A DNA stretch of 47,738 nucleotides, counting the filler, from Jimgerdemannia flammicorona (taxonomy: Eukaryota), in NCBI GenBank assembly GCA_003990765.1. It is 2 parts of 2 records of this genome, joined end to end, with 100 filler letters (N's around TTAATTAATTAA, not from the genome) between each part and the next. Parts side by side here need not be neighbours in the genome. Positions count along the whole stretch, not along the records: positions 23,920 to 47,738 come from RBNJ01001059.1; 1 more part is not named here. One strand, given 5' to 3'. Under the pieces are notes generated by a model. It had not been told where the DNA came from and did no database searches. It saw only the letters and a program-made list of their open reading frames with translations. Numbering within the stretch: the stretch's first letter is position 1; each line of letters begins with the position of its first letter. Positions 23,922 to 36,100 of this stretch are shown one piece after another. The position numbers and the translations under genes were made by a program.

Positions 23922-26900
23922 TCAACCAATGCCCCGGGGGCCCAATCCCCCTCCCTCAACCTCCTCTCGCCCAAGCACCACCCAATCACCTACTACCCGA
24001 ACCCTCCCCCCACTCTTCTGGGAGATACACTGCACCAAACCCTTGTGGTACTCCCCACCCAAACCCCAACTCCACCACCAGCTATTTAAAATGTCCAGCA
24101 GCAACCATTCCCACCATATCGCCTTTTCACCAACCCCGACCCGACGCCCGTCCTCAAATACATACACCCAATGCCCCGCCAACCCAACCCACATGGCCAA
24201 GGCCCAACCAAGTGTCAGCCATTCATCCCCGACCCCACCCACCAATCGCAGATGAAGCTCTCCCCATCTCCCCCCTCCCTCCCCTCCTCCAGCCCCCAAC
24301 CCTAACCTGTCCATTATATGTCTCCAGAACTCCCCCAAAACCTCGCACTCGCCAAGCCAATGTTCAGGCATTTGTACTACTCCTCCCTCCTGATCAACAT
24401 TGAAGCAATCCTCGCACTCGAATACCCCACCATCCACCAAGTAACCAGATCGATAGTTTAGCATCATGTTCCGCCAAAGGACCTGCCACCACGCCAACCA
24501 GAACTTGGGGGGCAGCCACTGCCTTACCCTTTTACTCCAAAGCCAGAGCCTATTCCAATCCCACTCTTTCCCGATTCCAACCCTCTGCCAGGCTTCAGGC
24601 CACAGGTCTCCATCCAGGCCTCGCAGGTACTCCAGACCCTCGCCAAGCTGAAAGTCCTCCACCGGAACACTACCCAAAAGAAGCCTGTCCCATCTCCACA
24701 TCTGCGGTCCCCAAACCTCCTCAGCCTCATCACCTCGCCACTGAAGGTCGATTTTCCTAGCTCCATCCACCACTCCCCACCAAAAGCCTGTAAACCGCAT
24801 CCTCCGGCTTCCATCCATGGCCACCATTGCAAGCAGGTCGCCGGAGCCACCATGTGGGGAGTATCGAATCTCCCACAACCTCTGCATGAGTGGCACCCAC
24901 TCCCGACCTCTAAGCTCACTTGCCCTCCTCAGCCACCAGACCCTCAGATACAAAAGCCGCTTAGTAAAGTCCACTAAGCCCAGTCCACCTCTTTCCAAGG
25001 GCAGTGTGAGCACCTCCCAACCAACCTGGCTCCGCTGCCCTCCCCAAATCCATGACCTCGCCATCTTCAACAACCCCTTAACTACCTACGGTGGGAAATC
25101 CAAATGATATCCAACATACCACAGCTTTGGCATCCAGTACACATTCAACACCATCACCCTTCCGGCAAGAGACATATGCCGACCTCCCCACCATATCAAG
25201 ACATCGCCCCACTCCAGCAGTTTACGGTCCCACCATGCCCGGGGAAGAAGAGATCCGAACACCGAGAAGTAGATCTCCAAGTAGCGTACTGGTTCACTAG
25301 CCAGAACCACCATCCCAATAACATCACCTCCTACAATTCCAGCACCCAGCACCAGCGTCTCGCATTTGTGCCAGTTCAGTTTAGCACCAGAACCCTGCTC
25401 ATACTATTCTACTGTCCTCTGCAACTCCCCAACATCCCCCAAGGAACCCAGTCTGACCACCATGTCATCGGCAAAGGCCCCCACCTTCCAGTTCACCCCC
25501 AAAATGTCCAAACCTCCAATCCTCTGCCGAATCCTGTCCAGTAGTGGCTCTAGGGAAAGGGCATACAATATGGGTGACAAGGGGTCCCCTTGCAGCACCC
25601 CATGGCCCAGGGGGAAGGTCACCCCCCGGTGGCCATTGATGACCAATGCCACCTGACTGTCCTCCAAGAGTCTGATCAATGAACCTCGGAACCCCAAGGG
25701 GATACCAATCCGCTTCAGCACTCCTTCCAGCCAAATTCGCCACACTCTATCATAAGCCTTCTCCTGGTCCAGAAACACCAATCTGCCATCCACCCCTGTA
25801 GCCCGGGCACCTTCAATCACTCCATGAACCCAGGCCGTCCCATCTCGAATCAACTGACCACTGACAAACCCACGTTGCTCCAAACCAAGCACTTGCTGTG
25901 CAATCCCTTGCAACCGCAACACCAAGATTTTCGTCACCAGTTTGCGGTCCATGTCCAGAAGCATGATCGGCTGCCAGTTCTTCCAATCCTCCCTCCTGCC
26001 CTTGTTCTTATACAGCAAGGAGATCAGCCCAAAGCGCTGACCCCCAATCCAGGCACCAGACCGAAGAACTTCATCGCACATAACCATCATTTCCTCCAGC
26101 ACCTCATGCACCCCTATCATCTTCTGCCAAAAATCCCAGGGGAGTCCATCTTCTCCCAGAGCTGTCCCTTTACTCATAGAGGCCACTACCTTGCAAATCT
26201 CCTCGCTGCTCACCAGGTCCCCCAATGCCCCAAGTCCCATGGCAGGGTCCAGGTGCCAATCCCCCAGCTGCCTGTCAATGTTCTGAGCATCCAGTCCCCC
26301 TTCATCCTCACTCCAAAGGTTCCCCCACTGGGAACGCAATAGGCCCAAAATTGCCGGAGTCCCCACCACCAGCTTGCCATTCTCATCCAAAACTCCCTCC
26401 CACCGCTGCCTCATTCGTCGCGCTTGTAACAACCGTGACAAGAACCTGGTAGGTCTCTCCCCTTCCTCTAGCCCCTGCCAGCGCAAGTGGGTCACCATCC
26501 CCTGCAACTGCTCCTCTTCCTCCCTCCGTAATATCCCTTTGAGCTCCTCCACCTCCTGCCGGATCCTTGTAATATGCCAATCAGTCTTGGCCCTATCCTC
26601 CAGCACACCCGCCCATCTCTCTATGAGCACCACCAAATGCTGCGAGGCCCACATCACCCGCCGCCTTCGCTGAGCACACTTCCCTTTCCCCGCTTCTCTC
26701 TAATACCCCTGAGCCTTCACCTTCAACCTTCTCCAGCGGTCCCCAATCACCAGTCCTTGATCCCGCTACCTGCCAATAACGCCAACCACCTCTGCTTTCC
26801 AACCCTCCCACAATGCCCTATCCTCCAACAAGGAAGAATTTAGCCGCCAATGTCCAGGCCCATCCTCATTTCCCCCAAACTTTCCCCCTCCAAGCAACCC

Positions 26901-27584
26901 CCAGTGATCAGACCATGGACACCATATGACTCCCAGCACTGTCCAGACATCTGCTCCCCAACACTCCGCTGTGAGAACCCAGTCAATCCTAGAGCCCAGT
27001 TCTGCTGCCCAATGGGTATACACCCGCCGATCAGTCCAAAAGTGTCTCCCTGAGTCCACTAAAGAACACAACCTTTCCGTCTCCAACCAGTCCGCCAACC
27101 CACCACTTTCACCTCGCATGCCTCTCCCTCCATCAGTCCTGTCCAACTCCTTATCCCGTACCATATTGAAGTCTCCTCCCATACAGTCTAACCTAACTTC
27201 TCCCAACAAATCAGCCTCTTTCAACCTGCGAATCCAATCCACTCTCTCCCCTCTCTCAGCCAGGCAGTAACAAGACTCAACCGTCAGCGAGCCCCATCCA
27301 GGCCTCTTCCATACTCCCCACACCACCTGTGACCCCCAATGTCCAATGTCCCCAATGTCCCCCATCCCTTTCCGAACAAGAATACCCACTTTCCCCCTCC
27401 AAACTGCTGCACCCCCCCATTCCTTAGTCCAATCCTGTAAATCCACACCTGCCTCATACCAAACATCCTGTAACAAGAAGAGGTCCGCATCCAGACCCCG
27501 AAGCCAACTAAAGATGTACTTCCTCCTAGCCACCCCCCGTAACCCATTAACGTTCAATGAAAATATCCTTGTTATACTATTCAT
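23922..27584 (-). pseudogene. LINE ORF2 (APE endonuclease, reverse transcriptase, C-terminal zinc motif), ~1220 codons, one frame with 4 TAG stops
   Basis: SLNVNGLR, LLQD, GGDFN, SRIDW, SDH (APE); PIMLLDMDRK, LDQEKAYDRV, GVLQGDPLSP, AFADD, YL (RT); CEDC..PEHWLGEC. The ORF pieces ending at 26766, 25404, 25086 and 23922 are all in the same frame. Confidence 0.92.
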
Positions 27585-27615
27585 ATTGAATAGAAATTGT
27601 AAAAGAGACCTCAAC

Positions 27616-29547
27616 CTATAATTCCATGCTCATCTCATCCCTCGCCAAGTCCAAGAGCCGCTCAGCTTCCAATTCACCCTCTGCAATATCCCGAGCATCC
27701 AGTGCCCCCAAAATTTCCTGACACTCCACCCTGTCCACCTCCTCCATATTCGCCCTGTAATCCAAGCAGACTGCACGCCACTTCTCTAGTCCCTTCCTCG
27801 AGTTCCACAAGACAAGTACCCAGTCACTCACAATCCTTCTAAGCTCCTCCTCTCGCTGATCATCAACCTGATACTCGACCAACTCCAGAAGGACAGCCAG
27901 GATCTCATTCCTCATCTTCCTCGGCACCTCTTCCTCACATAGAATCTCCTCCCAATGCCTCTCCTCCATCACCCTGAAGTCCTCACCCCCCAGCTCCTCA
28001 GCCACTACCCCTTCCAGGGTCTTCCACATCCACTTCTCCTCATCGACTGCCTCCACCGCCCCCTGAGCAATCTGTCCCCCATCCACCTCGGGGTCCACCA
28101 GTGCGCTCCTCCTCACTGACTCATCCCACTCCTCATCTGGCACATCCATCAGCTCCTCCTCTCCTTCTGCCCCATTTGGAACACTATACTGAGGGTACCC
28201 ACCTTCTCCCATTTCAGCATCCACCTCCAAGTTATTCTCCCACTCCTCCCCAACTCCAATCTGAGCCCCGCCCTGGGCCATCTCTCCCCCTTCAGCCCAG
28301 GTGCTCTCCCGCAACCCTGCAGCCCCTGCTCTGGAGCTTCCACCAGCCCCACCCCCACCCAACTTCGCTAACAACTCCTTCTGAATCTTCCTCCCCTGCA
28401 ACTTCTCCCAGGCCCCCTTCTCCATCCGAACCCTCTTCCCATCCACCTCCTCCACCACCGTCCTCATCTCAAATTCCTTCCAGGCTAATCTCCTCCTTGC
28501 AACTGCCCCTTCCAGATCCTCCAGAGCCTCCAACAGATCCTCCTCCTCCTCCTCCTGAGTCCCCTTCACCCTAGTGACCTTACACTCCACCGGTCCCCAC
28601 CTCAGTGCTGCTGGCCAGTCCCTTGACTTCCCCGTATTCTCCTTTCCAGCCAGTCGCACCCTGACATCGACATCTCCAGTCCTAAGCTCCGTGCCCTCCC
28701 AGACCTTGAACTCAACATCCACAATCTCGCCATACTCCTTGATCGCCTCCACAACCAACTCTCTGGTCCTTTCCTTCGACATGGTAGGGAGGTCCAACAC
28801 TGTCAACTGTACCACCCAGAGGTCCCAGCATATACACTGGGCCATAGGGACCACAACCCCGCCAACTACCACCCCCTTCTCCATGGCTGCCAACAAGGCG
28901 TCCTCCTCCTCAAACCCCACCTCAACCCCTTCCTTTCCCCTCAAGAACTTCACCGATGCCACTCCCTTAGCCTCCTGCGCCACCAGCCCCAAAATCATTC
29001 TCGCCATCACGGCCAAGCCCTGGAAGCACATTGTGACCACGAACTTGGACCTCAACTTCTTGAGTAACGGGGCCGACACCATGCTCGTCACCCCATCCAC
29101 CAGGTCTCCGGGCCTCATGCCCCCTCCAAGTCTCAAATTGCCGACTGCTGTCACATCTGGATTTTTTGCCAGATCCCCAGTCACAGCCCCATCAGCAGTC
29201 ACATCTCCAGCCCCTACTCCAGCCCCTTCCCTACCACCAGAAGTACCCTGGAGTGTATCTCCCTGACCCCCGGCAGTAGCCATCGATGCCTTCTCCAGTC
29301 CCAGCCAACTATCCAGCCCAGAAGCCATCTTCCCCATCCTGACCTTGTCAGCAAAGATCGACCGCTCCCCTCCTCTCTGCCTCAGACCTCCCCTCCCTCT
29401 GCTGCTGGGGCCCCGGCTAGCCATCGAGGCCCCTGGCATCCCCAAACCATCTCCCCTCCTCCCCACCTGCTGCCAGCCAAAGGCGCCGTCACCCCCCTGG
29501 CCAGTACGCTCACCAGATCGATCATTGCCGTCCATATTGTTAGTCAT
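27616..29547 (-). CDS. LINE ORF1 (nucleic-acid chaperone, RRM-like core), 643 aa, intact
   Basis: Uninterrupted ATG-TAG ORF directly upstream of ORF2. Central VQLTVLDLP..EAIKEYGEIVDV..RTG resembles the Tx1/L1 ORF1 RRM region; acidic helical C-terminus. Confidence 0.8.
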   Translation of the reverse strand: MTNNMDGNDRSGERTGQGGDGAFGWQQVGRRGDGLGMPGASMASRGPSSRGRGGLRQRGGERSIFADKVRMGKMASGLDSWLGLEKASMATAGGQGDTLQGTSGGREGAGVGAGDVTADGAVTGDLAKNPDVTAVGNLRLGGGMRPGDLVDGVTSMVSAPLLKKLRSKFVVTMCFQGLAVMARMILGLVAQEAKGVASVKFLRGKEGVEVGFEEEDALLAAMEKGVVVGGVVVPMAQCICWDLWVVQLTVLDLPTMSKERTRELVVEAIKEYGEIVDVEFKVWEGTELRTGDVDVRVRLAGKENTGKSRDWPAALRWGPVECKVTRVKGTQEEEEEDLLEALEDLEGAVARRRLAWKEFEMRTVVEEVDGKRVRMEKGAWEKLQGRKIQKELLAKLGGGGAGGSSRAGAAGLRESTWAEGGEMAQGGAQIGVGEEWENNLEVDAEMGEGGYPQYSVPNGAEGEEELMDVPDEEWDESVRRSALVDPEVDGGQIAQGAVEAVDEEKWMWKTLEGVVAEELGGEDFRVMEERHWEEILCEEEVPRKMRNEILAVLLELVEYQVDDQREEELRRIVSDWVLVLWNSRKGLEKWRAVCLDYRANMEEVDRVECQEILGALDARDIAEGELEAERLLDLARDEMSMEL

Positions 29548-29621
29548 CGGGCACCAAAAACGTTGTAAAAAGTGTTGTCTGAGTTTTGTGTCACCCGAAT
29601 GTTACTGGTGAAAGCATATCG

Positions 29622-30507
29622 CCCATGACTCATAGTACTGTAACCTATAGAAGGTATGCAGATAGCAAATCTGATGAAAGTGAAGACGATGTACCCCTCC
29701 TTCACCCACCAACACCTTATCCAGCATATGAGACAGATGATGCTATTCTGTGAGATAGTGATGAAGTTCCAATGTATTATTACCTCAATAAACAAGAAGA
29801 AGTAATCTGCAAACCACTCTTCCTAGATGACTACTTCATCAGAGATGATACAATTGATGGTGATGTCATCGAGGACTACCCAGACAGCACCTAAACCCAT
29901 AAATAGCCTAGCAGTCATAGTATAGTTAGATTAGCCTTGTACTATATAACTGTATTCTGACTCAGTAAGGTACTTAGTGCTATATCCATATTCAGCATAG
30001 TCCAGATAGCCCCTCACTAGTATAAATACCCCCTCTCCCAGACCTCAGAATCTTAGACTAGAACACACAAGAACATTCCTGAATACTTCCCCACAATATC
30101 CCTTCACACAACTACTCCTAGTATAACAATATCATGAATAGCGAATAAACCTATTTAATAACCCACAAACCACTCTTAAGTAAATCTGCCCCCCATTAGG
30201 TCCCACTCCTAACCCCATCATGAAATTTCCTAATTGGGTATTGTCTGTAGCAATACGCCGATTCAACTAAGCTGGTCTTAGTTTTTTGAACTTCCTGAAA
30301 TACAGAAAATCCTGAACATCCAGAACTAGTCTGAAAAAGGACCTTGGTTGAGATGTCAACCCGATCTTGAAATCAATAAGCATAGAGGACGTACTCTATA
30401 TGAAATTGATCTTGACCATAAGAAAACAGTCTTCCAGAATATCCAGAACTTCCAGAAAACCCTTCTAGAACTATGTAATGGCTACCCTAAAAAGTAACCC
30501 TCTTACA
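29622..30507 (+). repeat. 5' LTR of copy 1 (3' portion only; first ~1082 bp absent)
   Basis: Aligns with 38110-38951 and ends CTTACA. TATAAATA at ~30021 and AATAAA at 30144-30149. Confidence 0.93.
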
Positions 30508-30510
30508 ACT

Positions 30511-30522
30511 TGGTAGCAGTGG
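30511..30522 (+). promoter_or_regulatory. primer-binding site, initiator tRNA-Met type
   Basis: TGGTAGCAGTGG three nt after the LTR. Copy 2 has TGGTAGCAGCAG, implying ancestral TGGTAGCAGCGG. TGGTAGC is complementary to the 3' end of eukaryotic tRNAiMet. Confidence 0.8.
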
Positions 30523-30643
30523 TTTACAATCCAATTCTGCTTCAAGACACTTCCTCACCCCGCTACAAACCCCTCTGTAAATTCCTACAAGTTGGTATAA
30601 AGCCCAACCTCTGAACTGGAATTTATCTGAACCATCTAACAAT

Positions 30644-32457
30644 TTGGAGAGAATTGAACCTGACGTACAAGGACAATTTGACCTTCACACCTGCAACAAG
30701 TGGGACAAACTTCATTCGAAAAAAGAAGTACTCCAACTAAATCAGCAAATAGATGAAACCCTATTCACTGAACTCCTTGCACTATACCCAGTAAGTCAAG
30801 ATGAAGAAGGTCTTATTGAAGTCTTCTTTACTCTTCTCAACAAGAGTTTTGTTAGCTCTACAAATCCAAGCGACCTAGGACAACCAGCAGCAGTCTTTCT
30901 AGCCTTAGTTTCTTACAAAGTCCAAGCCTCTGTAGCTAAGTGGCTCAACTCTACTGACTTTCACTATACCAGGACCAAGACCACATTATACTATCAATTC
31001 CAGAACAGCAAGGCCTGCCATATTCTTAAAGAAGAAGCAAGAGAAACCCTTCATCAACTATCTGACCCTGAACCTGAAGCAGGCCCTGCTACAGTCCTAC
31101 CTGAATCTGAAACCAATACCGAACCTGAACTTGACTTTGAATTAAGTCTATCTGAAATCAGATATACAACTAATTCTGTCTACTTTGATGCTGAGCAAAT
31201 CCAATTACATGGGGACCAAACTGAAGAAGAGGAGGAGTATCTCAGTAAATTCAATCCCAGATATACTACTGAAGGAGACACCCTTCCATCAGGACAGAAT
31301 ACACCTACTCAGCAACAAATAGCTATCTATCAAGCCCTTACTCCAGATCCACAACTATTACTCCAGCAACTTACACAGACCCAAAGAACCCCATCACACT
31401 CTACACCAGTATCTCAAGTAGTATCAGTAACACCACTACTAGCAGTCCAACCACCTCCAGTAAACAATATAGTGAACCAACAGATTCTAGACCTCACAGC
31501 CCAGGTAGCCATAATGGCAGCAACCATTACTGCCTTAGCTGAACAGACCCAACCTACCAAAAATCTGAGCCTACCTACCTTCAATGGTACTGTACAAGAA
31601 GTCCAAAGCTTCATTAGTGTAGTTGACACCAACTTCGAAGCCAATCAATAGACCAATGAGCGAGTTGCTGACTACATCCTGACAAATAATCAAGACCACA
31701 CTCTGGAACAACTCTTTGCTACCACTATAGCCTATGTCTGCCAAGTTGTTACATTCTTCTGAGGACCTGCCAAAGAATGGTGGCAAACCCTTCCTGAAAA
31801 ACCCCTCATATGGGATACCTGATCTGCAGTAGTTGCTCAGAATGCAGCGAACAATACCCCAGGATATGGAGCCCATCCTGCAGCCCCTGGACTCAAACAA
31901 CTCATAATTGCCCAATACCACAGCAAAACCATGATCACTGAATCCCGAGTAAAACTCTGCAACCTCAAATTCGATGTACATGGTAAAGAAGAATTCAAAA
32001 CCTTCTGTATAAAACTCAAGTCACTCCTGAACACTGTTGGCCTAGGATATATTGCCAATGATGAAGCACAAAATGGTACAAGAGTAGACCATTTATTCAA
32101 TGCCCTGCCTGAATGGCTTACTAGAAAAATCTGAGAACAAGGCTGCCCAGTTGATTGTGATTACCAACAATGGTGCCTGGTAAGAATCAAGACTATGGTC
32201 AAGTAAATCCTAACAGCTGGACCAATTCTGCCTGAAGACAATTCAATAATAAGGAAAGGACTTGGACCAAGAAAGAAGAACCCAAGCATGAAGCATCCCG
32301 AGCTCCCTCCACATCCACCTCTTGGACACTCAGAAATCATGAACCCACTCAGCCAAGTACCTTCAAGAAACTTACTGAAAGTGAAAGGAATGAACTTCGA
32401 AGAAGTAGAGCATGCTTCTATTGCCAAAAGACAGAACACATGACCAGTGCCTACCCT
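30644..32457 (+). pseudogene. gag: gag (long N-terminal extension, capsid, CCHC nucleocapsid)
   Basis: LPTFNG, F(R)GPAKEWW and ALPEWL capsid-type motifs. Zinc knuckle CFYCQKT(G)HMTSA(C)P at ~32413-32457, restored from copy 2. In-frame stops present. Confidence 0.8.
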
Positions 32458-32529
32458 AACCAAAAACCCCAAACAGCAACAAGAGCAACTATTACCACTC
32501 TGCACCACCTCAACAACTTGACCACCAGA

Positions 32530-32940
32530 ATACTAGACTTTGTGAAGTTAAGACAAACTGCTAAGGCCCCAACCAAAGGAAGTCAGAAAGCAGCTGGATA
32601 TGACCTGTATGCAGCCGAAGAAGCTACAGTTTCCAACCAAGAAGTTAAACAAGTCTACACAGGAATCAGCATCCATATCCCTGAAGGACATGTTGGAAGA
32701 ATATGCTGTCACAGCAGCCTAGCATTGAAAGGACTCTCAGTAGAAGGAGGAGTTATTGATGAAGATTACACAGACAAAATCATTGTCCTCATCTGAAACC
32801 ATAGTTGGACACTCTTCAAGATCCCTATTAGTTTCTGCATTGCCCAGATTCTATTCGAAAAAATCGAGTCAACCCTGACAATTAAGGAAGTCCCTGAACT
32901 ACTGCCCCCTATCCGAGGATTCAAAGAATTTGGCTCATCA
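32530..32940 (+). pseudogene. dut: dUTPase domain of the retrotransposon polyprotein
   Basis: All five trimeric dUTPase motifs recognisable: AAGYDL, GRI..(R)SSL, GGVIDEDY, IAQI, RGFK(G)FGSS. One TGA at 32794. Confidence 0.92.
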
Positions 32941-33159
32941 AACAAGACCCCAACTCAACCTACCATGAGCAAAGAAGAACAATTCTACAAGAAGATCGAA
33001 GATGGATATGTACCAAGTGGCTGATGCCCTCATGGTATTGGAATGTACTCTTCCCAAATAATTGATGATTGCTTCTCTTATATCAATGAACTAGCTCAAA
33101 GAAGAACCAACAGAAGAAAACCTCCTATAACTGAAATCACTACCATTAGATCAGACAAA

Positions 33160-36100
33160 CTGCTCACACTTAAGGCTTTTGTCAACCGAGTACCTGTTAA
33201 GATTATGATAGACAGTGGTGCCTCAGGCAACTTCATCAATGAAGAAAACAGCCAACAGACTTAAAGTCTTCACCTCTCCGGTACAACAAACCCAAGCAGT
33301 GGCCACAGCCGATAGAACCTCACATATTATTAGCAAGGAAGTCCACAACCTACCCTTCTGAATTGGCAATTATCAAGTACATGTCACTCTCCAAATTGTA
33401 CCACTTCCTGACAATGAAATCATCCTTGGGACTCCATGGTTAAAACAAGAGAACCCCATGATCGATTGGGTAAACCATTCTCTGACCATCAAGAAAGGAT
33501 GCCACAACTTCAAACTGCAAGGCAAGAAGGACCCACTTAATTCTAGTGACCCTGGACCAAAGATCACCTACATTAACAAGCTACAACTTAAGAAATTGGC
33601 CAAGAAATGCCCTCTCTTCGCCATCTCCATCTGTCTATCCAAAGGAGAACCCAAGAACCCTGAAGAAGATTTTTTCAAAGTTAATAGTCATGTCAGACCA
33701 CTACTCCAGAAATTTCGAGACATATTCCTAAAGAAGCTCCCGAAAGGCCTACCTCCTAAACGAGCAGTAGACCACACCATTAAGACTATCCCAGATGCCA
33801 AACTAGCCTTCAAGTCAATCTACCACATGTCTCCAAGAGAAATCGATGCACTTAAGAAAGAAATTGACGAACTCCTAGAACAAGGATTCATCAGACCCAG
33901 TGTATCACCCTATAGTACACCAGTCCTCTTTGTTGTCAAAAAAGGAGGAGACCTGTGAATGTGTATTGACTACCACAATATCAATGAACAGACCATCAAG
34001 AACTATTGCCCACTACTGAGGATCAATGAAATATTTGATAGACTTACCAACCCACAATTCATGAGCTCTTTTGACCTATGAAATGGCTATTGGCAAATTG
34101 CTATAAAAGAAGAAGATATCTACAAGACAGCTTTCTGAACTTGCTATGGACACTTTAAGTTCCTGGTTATGCCCTTTGGCTTAACTAATGTTCCAGCAAC
34201 CTTCCAGACACTAATGAATACCATTCTGCATCTATACCTGGACAAATTCGTTGTTGTCTACATTAATGACATCCTAGTCTTCAGAAAAACTCTGGAGGAA
34301 CATCTTGAACACCTTGAGCTAGTACTACTGAAACTCCAAGAAAACCAACTCTTTGCAAAACTCAGCAAATGCGAATTCCTCCTGAAAGAAATTCAATTCC
34401 TTGGACACATTGTCACTCCAAATGGAATCAAAGTGGACCCCAGCAAAATCGCTGCAATCAAGGATTGGCCCAGACCCAAGAAGCTAAAAGACCTCCAGTT
34501 ATTTCTGGGATTAGCAAACTATTACAGATGATTTGTTACCAACTTTGCTAAAATTGCTACTGCCCTCACCCAAATGACCAAGCATAGCAAGAAACAAGAA
34601 CAACTCTGGACTATAAAACAAGAGAAAGACTTCAACAATCTTGTAACTTGGGGACCTGAGCAAGATACTGCCTTTCAAGTACTGAAAGATGCCCTGATAA
34701 TGACTCCAGTACTTCAAGTGGCAAATCCTGCTCTACCATATGAAGTTACTACTGATGTCTCTGATCTAGCTCTTGGAGCAGTGCTCATGCAAGAAGGACA
34801 CCCTGTGGCCTATCACTCCTACAAGTTCAATGATGCTGAAATTAACTATGCAACTCATGAGAAGGAAATGCTAGCTATTATAGATACTTTGATCAAATGG
34901 CAACCCTACTTAGAAGGAGCATACTTCACTGTATTAACTGACCACAAGTCATTAGTCAACATCAAGATACAGGCTACCCTTTCTCGAAAGCAAGCCAGAT
35001 GGATGAAAGTCCTCACCAACTTTGACTATGAAATCCAGTACCACCCTGGCAAGAAAAATATTGTTGCTGATGCAATCTCCAGACCACCTATTAAAGAAGT
35101 TATCCAAACTCTCACCTTGGTTACCAACACTATCATGGAGCAAATTATTGCAGCATATGCTGATGATAAGGAAGCTTAAGCACTGTGAGGAATCCTGAAC
35201 AGTGATGATGCCGACAAGTATACACAGTATCATTAATACCACCTGAAGGACAATGCTATCTACTACAAAGACAGACTGTATGTCCCAAACAACTGAGACC
35301 TCCGAAGGACAATCCTATTTGAATGTCATGATGCCCCTATAGCTGAACATTTAGGATTCGATAAATGCTACAAAGTTATCTCCCGAAACTTCTATTGGCC
35401 CCACATAGCAGATCAGCTCAAAACCTAATCACTTCCTGTGATGCCTGCCAATGAAACAAGTCCTCAATACTAGCAAAACCTGGCTTACTTTACCCTATCC
35501 CAGTACTATCTGTGAATTAGGAACAAATCTCTATAGACTTTATTGTACAACTACCCCGAATCAAGAACAAGAAAGATGCAATTGTTGTCTTTGTGGATTA
35601 CCTCAGCAAATAAGCCCACTTTGTGTCTACTACCACTACTGCAACAGCACCAGACATAGCCAGACTCTTATTTGACAATATCTTCCGCTATCATGGTCTT
35701 CCTAAGATCATTATTAGTGACCAAGACCTGAAATTCACTAGCTATTTTTGGAAAGCCCTCCATGCATACCTTGGAACAAAACTTGCACTATCCACAGTCT
35801 TTCACCCAAAAACTGATGACCAAACTGAAAGAATGAACTGAACTCTGGAATAAATGCTAAGGAACTATGTTTCCTACAGATAAGATAACTGGCATGAACA
35901 CCTCACTGCAGTCAAGTTTGCTTATAACAATAGCAAGCAAGCCTCTCTCAGAATGACCACATTCTTTGCCAATACTGAATAAAATCCAAACACCCCTTTG
36001 ACACTTATCCGAACCACTAAAGAACCCTCCACAGTTGAAGCTGTTGAAGAATTCTTACTCTGAATGTACAATCTAAGCCAGATTGCCATCGAGAATTTAT

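Larger units (their letters stand above)
23920..29621 (-). mobile_element. full-length non-LTR retrotransposon (LINE, L1/Tx1-like)
   Basis: Short 5' UTR (~74 nt), ORF1, 31-nt spacer, then ORF2 with APE, RT and C-terminal Cys/His motif. The 3' end runs into the gap. Confidence 0.93.

Noticed and set aside
23929..29266. Several Pro/Ser/Thr-rich plus-strand ORFs up to 230 aa
   Set aside because: Antisense shadows of the G-rich LINE ORFs; C-rich DNA lacks stop codons.
30280..30470. TTCCAGAA/TTCTAGAA clusters resembling heat-shock elements in the LTR
   Set aside because: Spacing is not a canonical triple nGAAn array, they lie downstream of the TATA box, and they may be decayed CCGGAA repeats.
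32180..32216. GTAAGA..CTAACAG 37-nt intron-like segment in gag
   Set aside because: Removing it does not join the capsid frame to the NC-pol frame and leads to an early stop.
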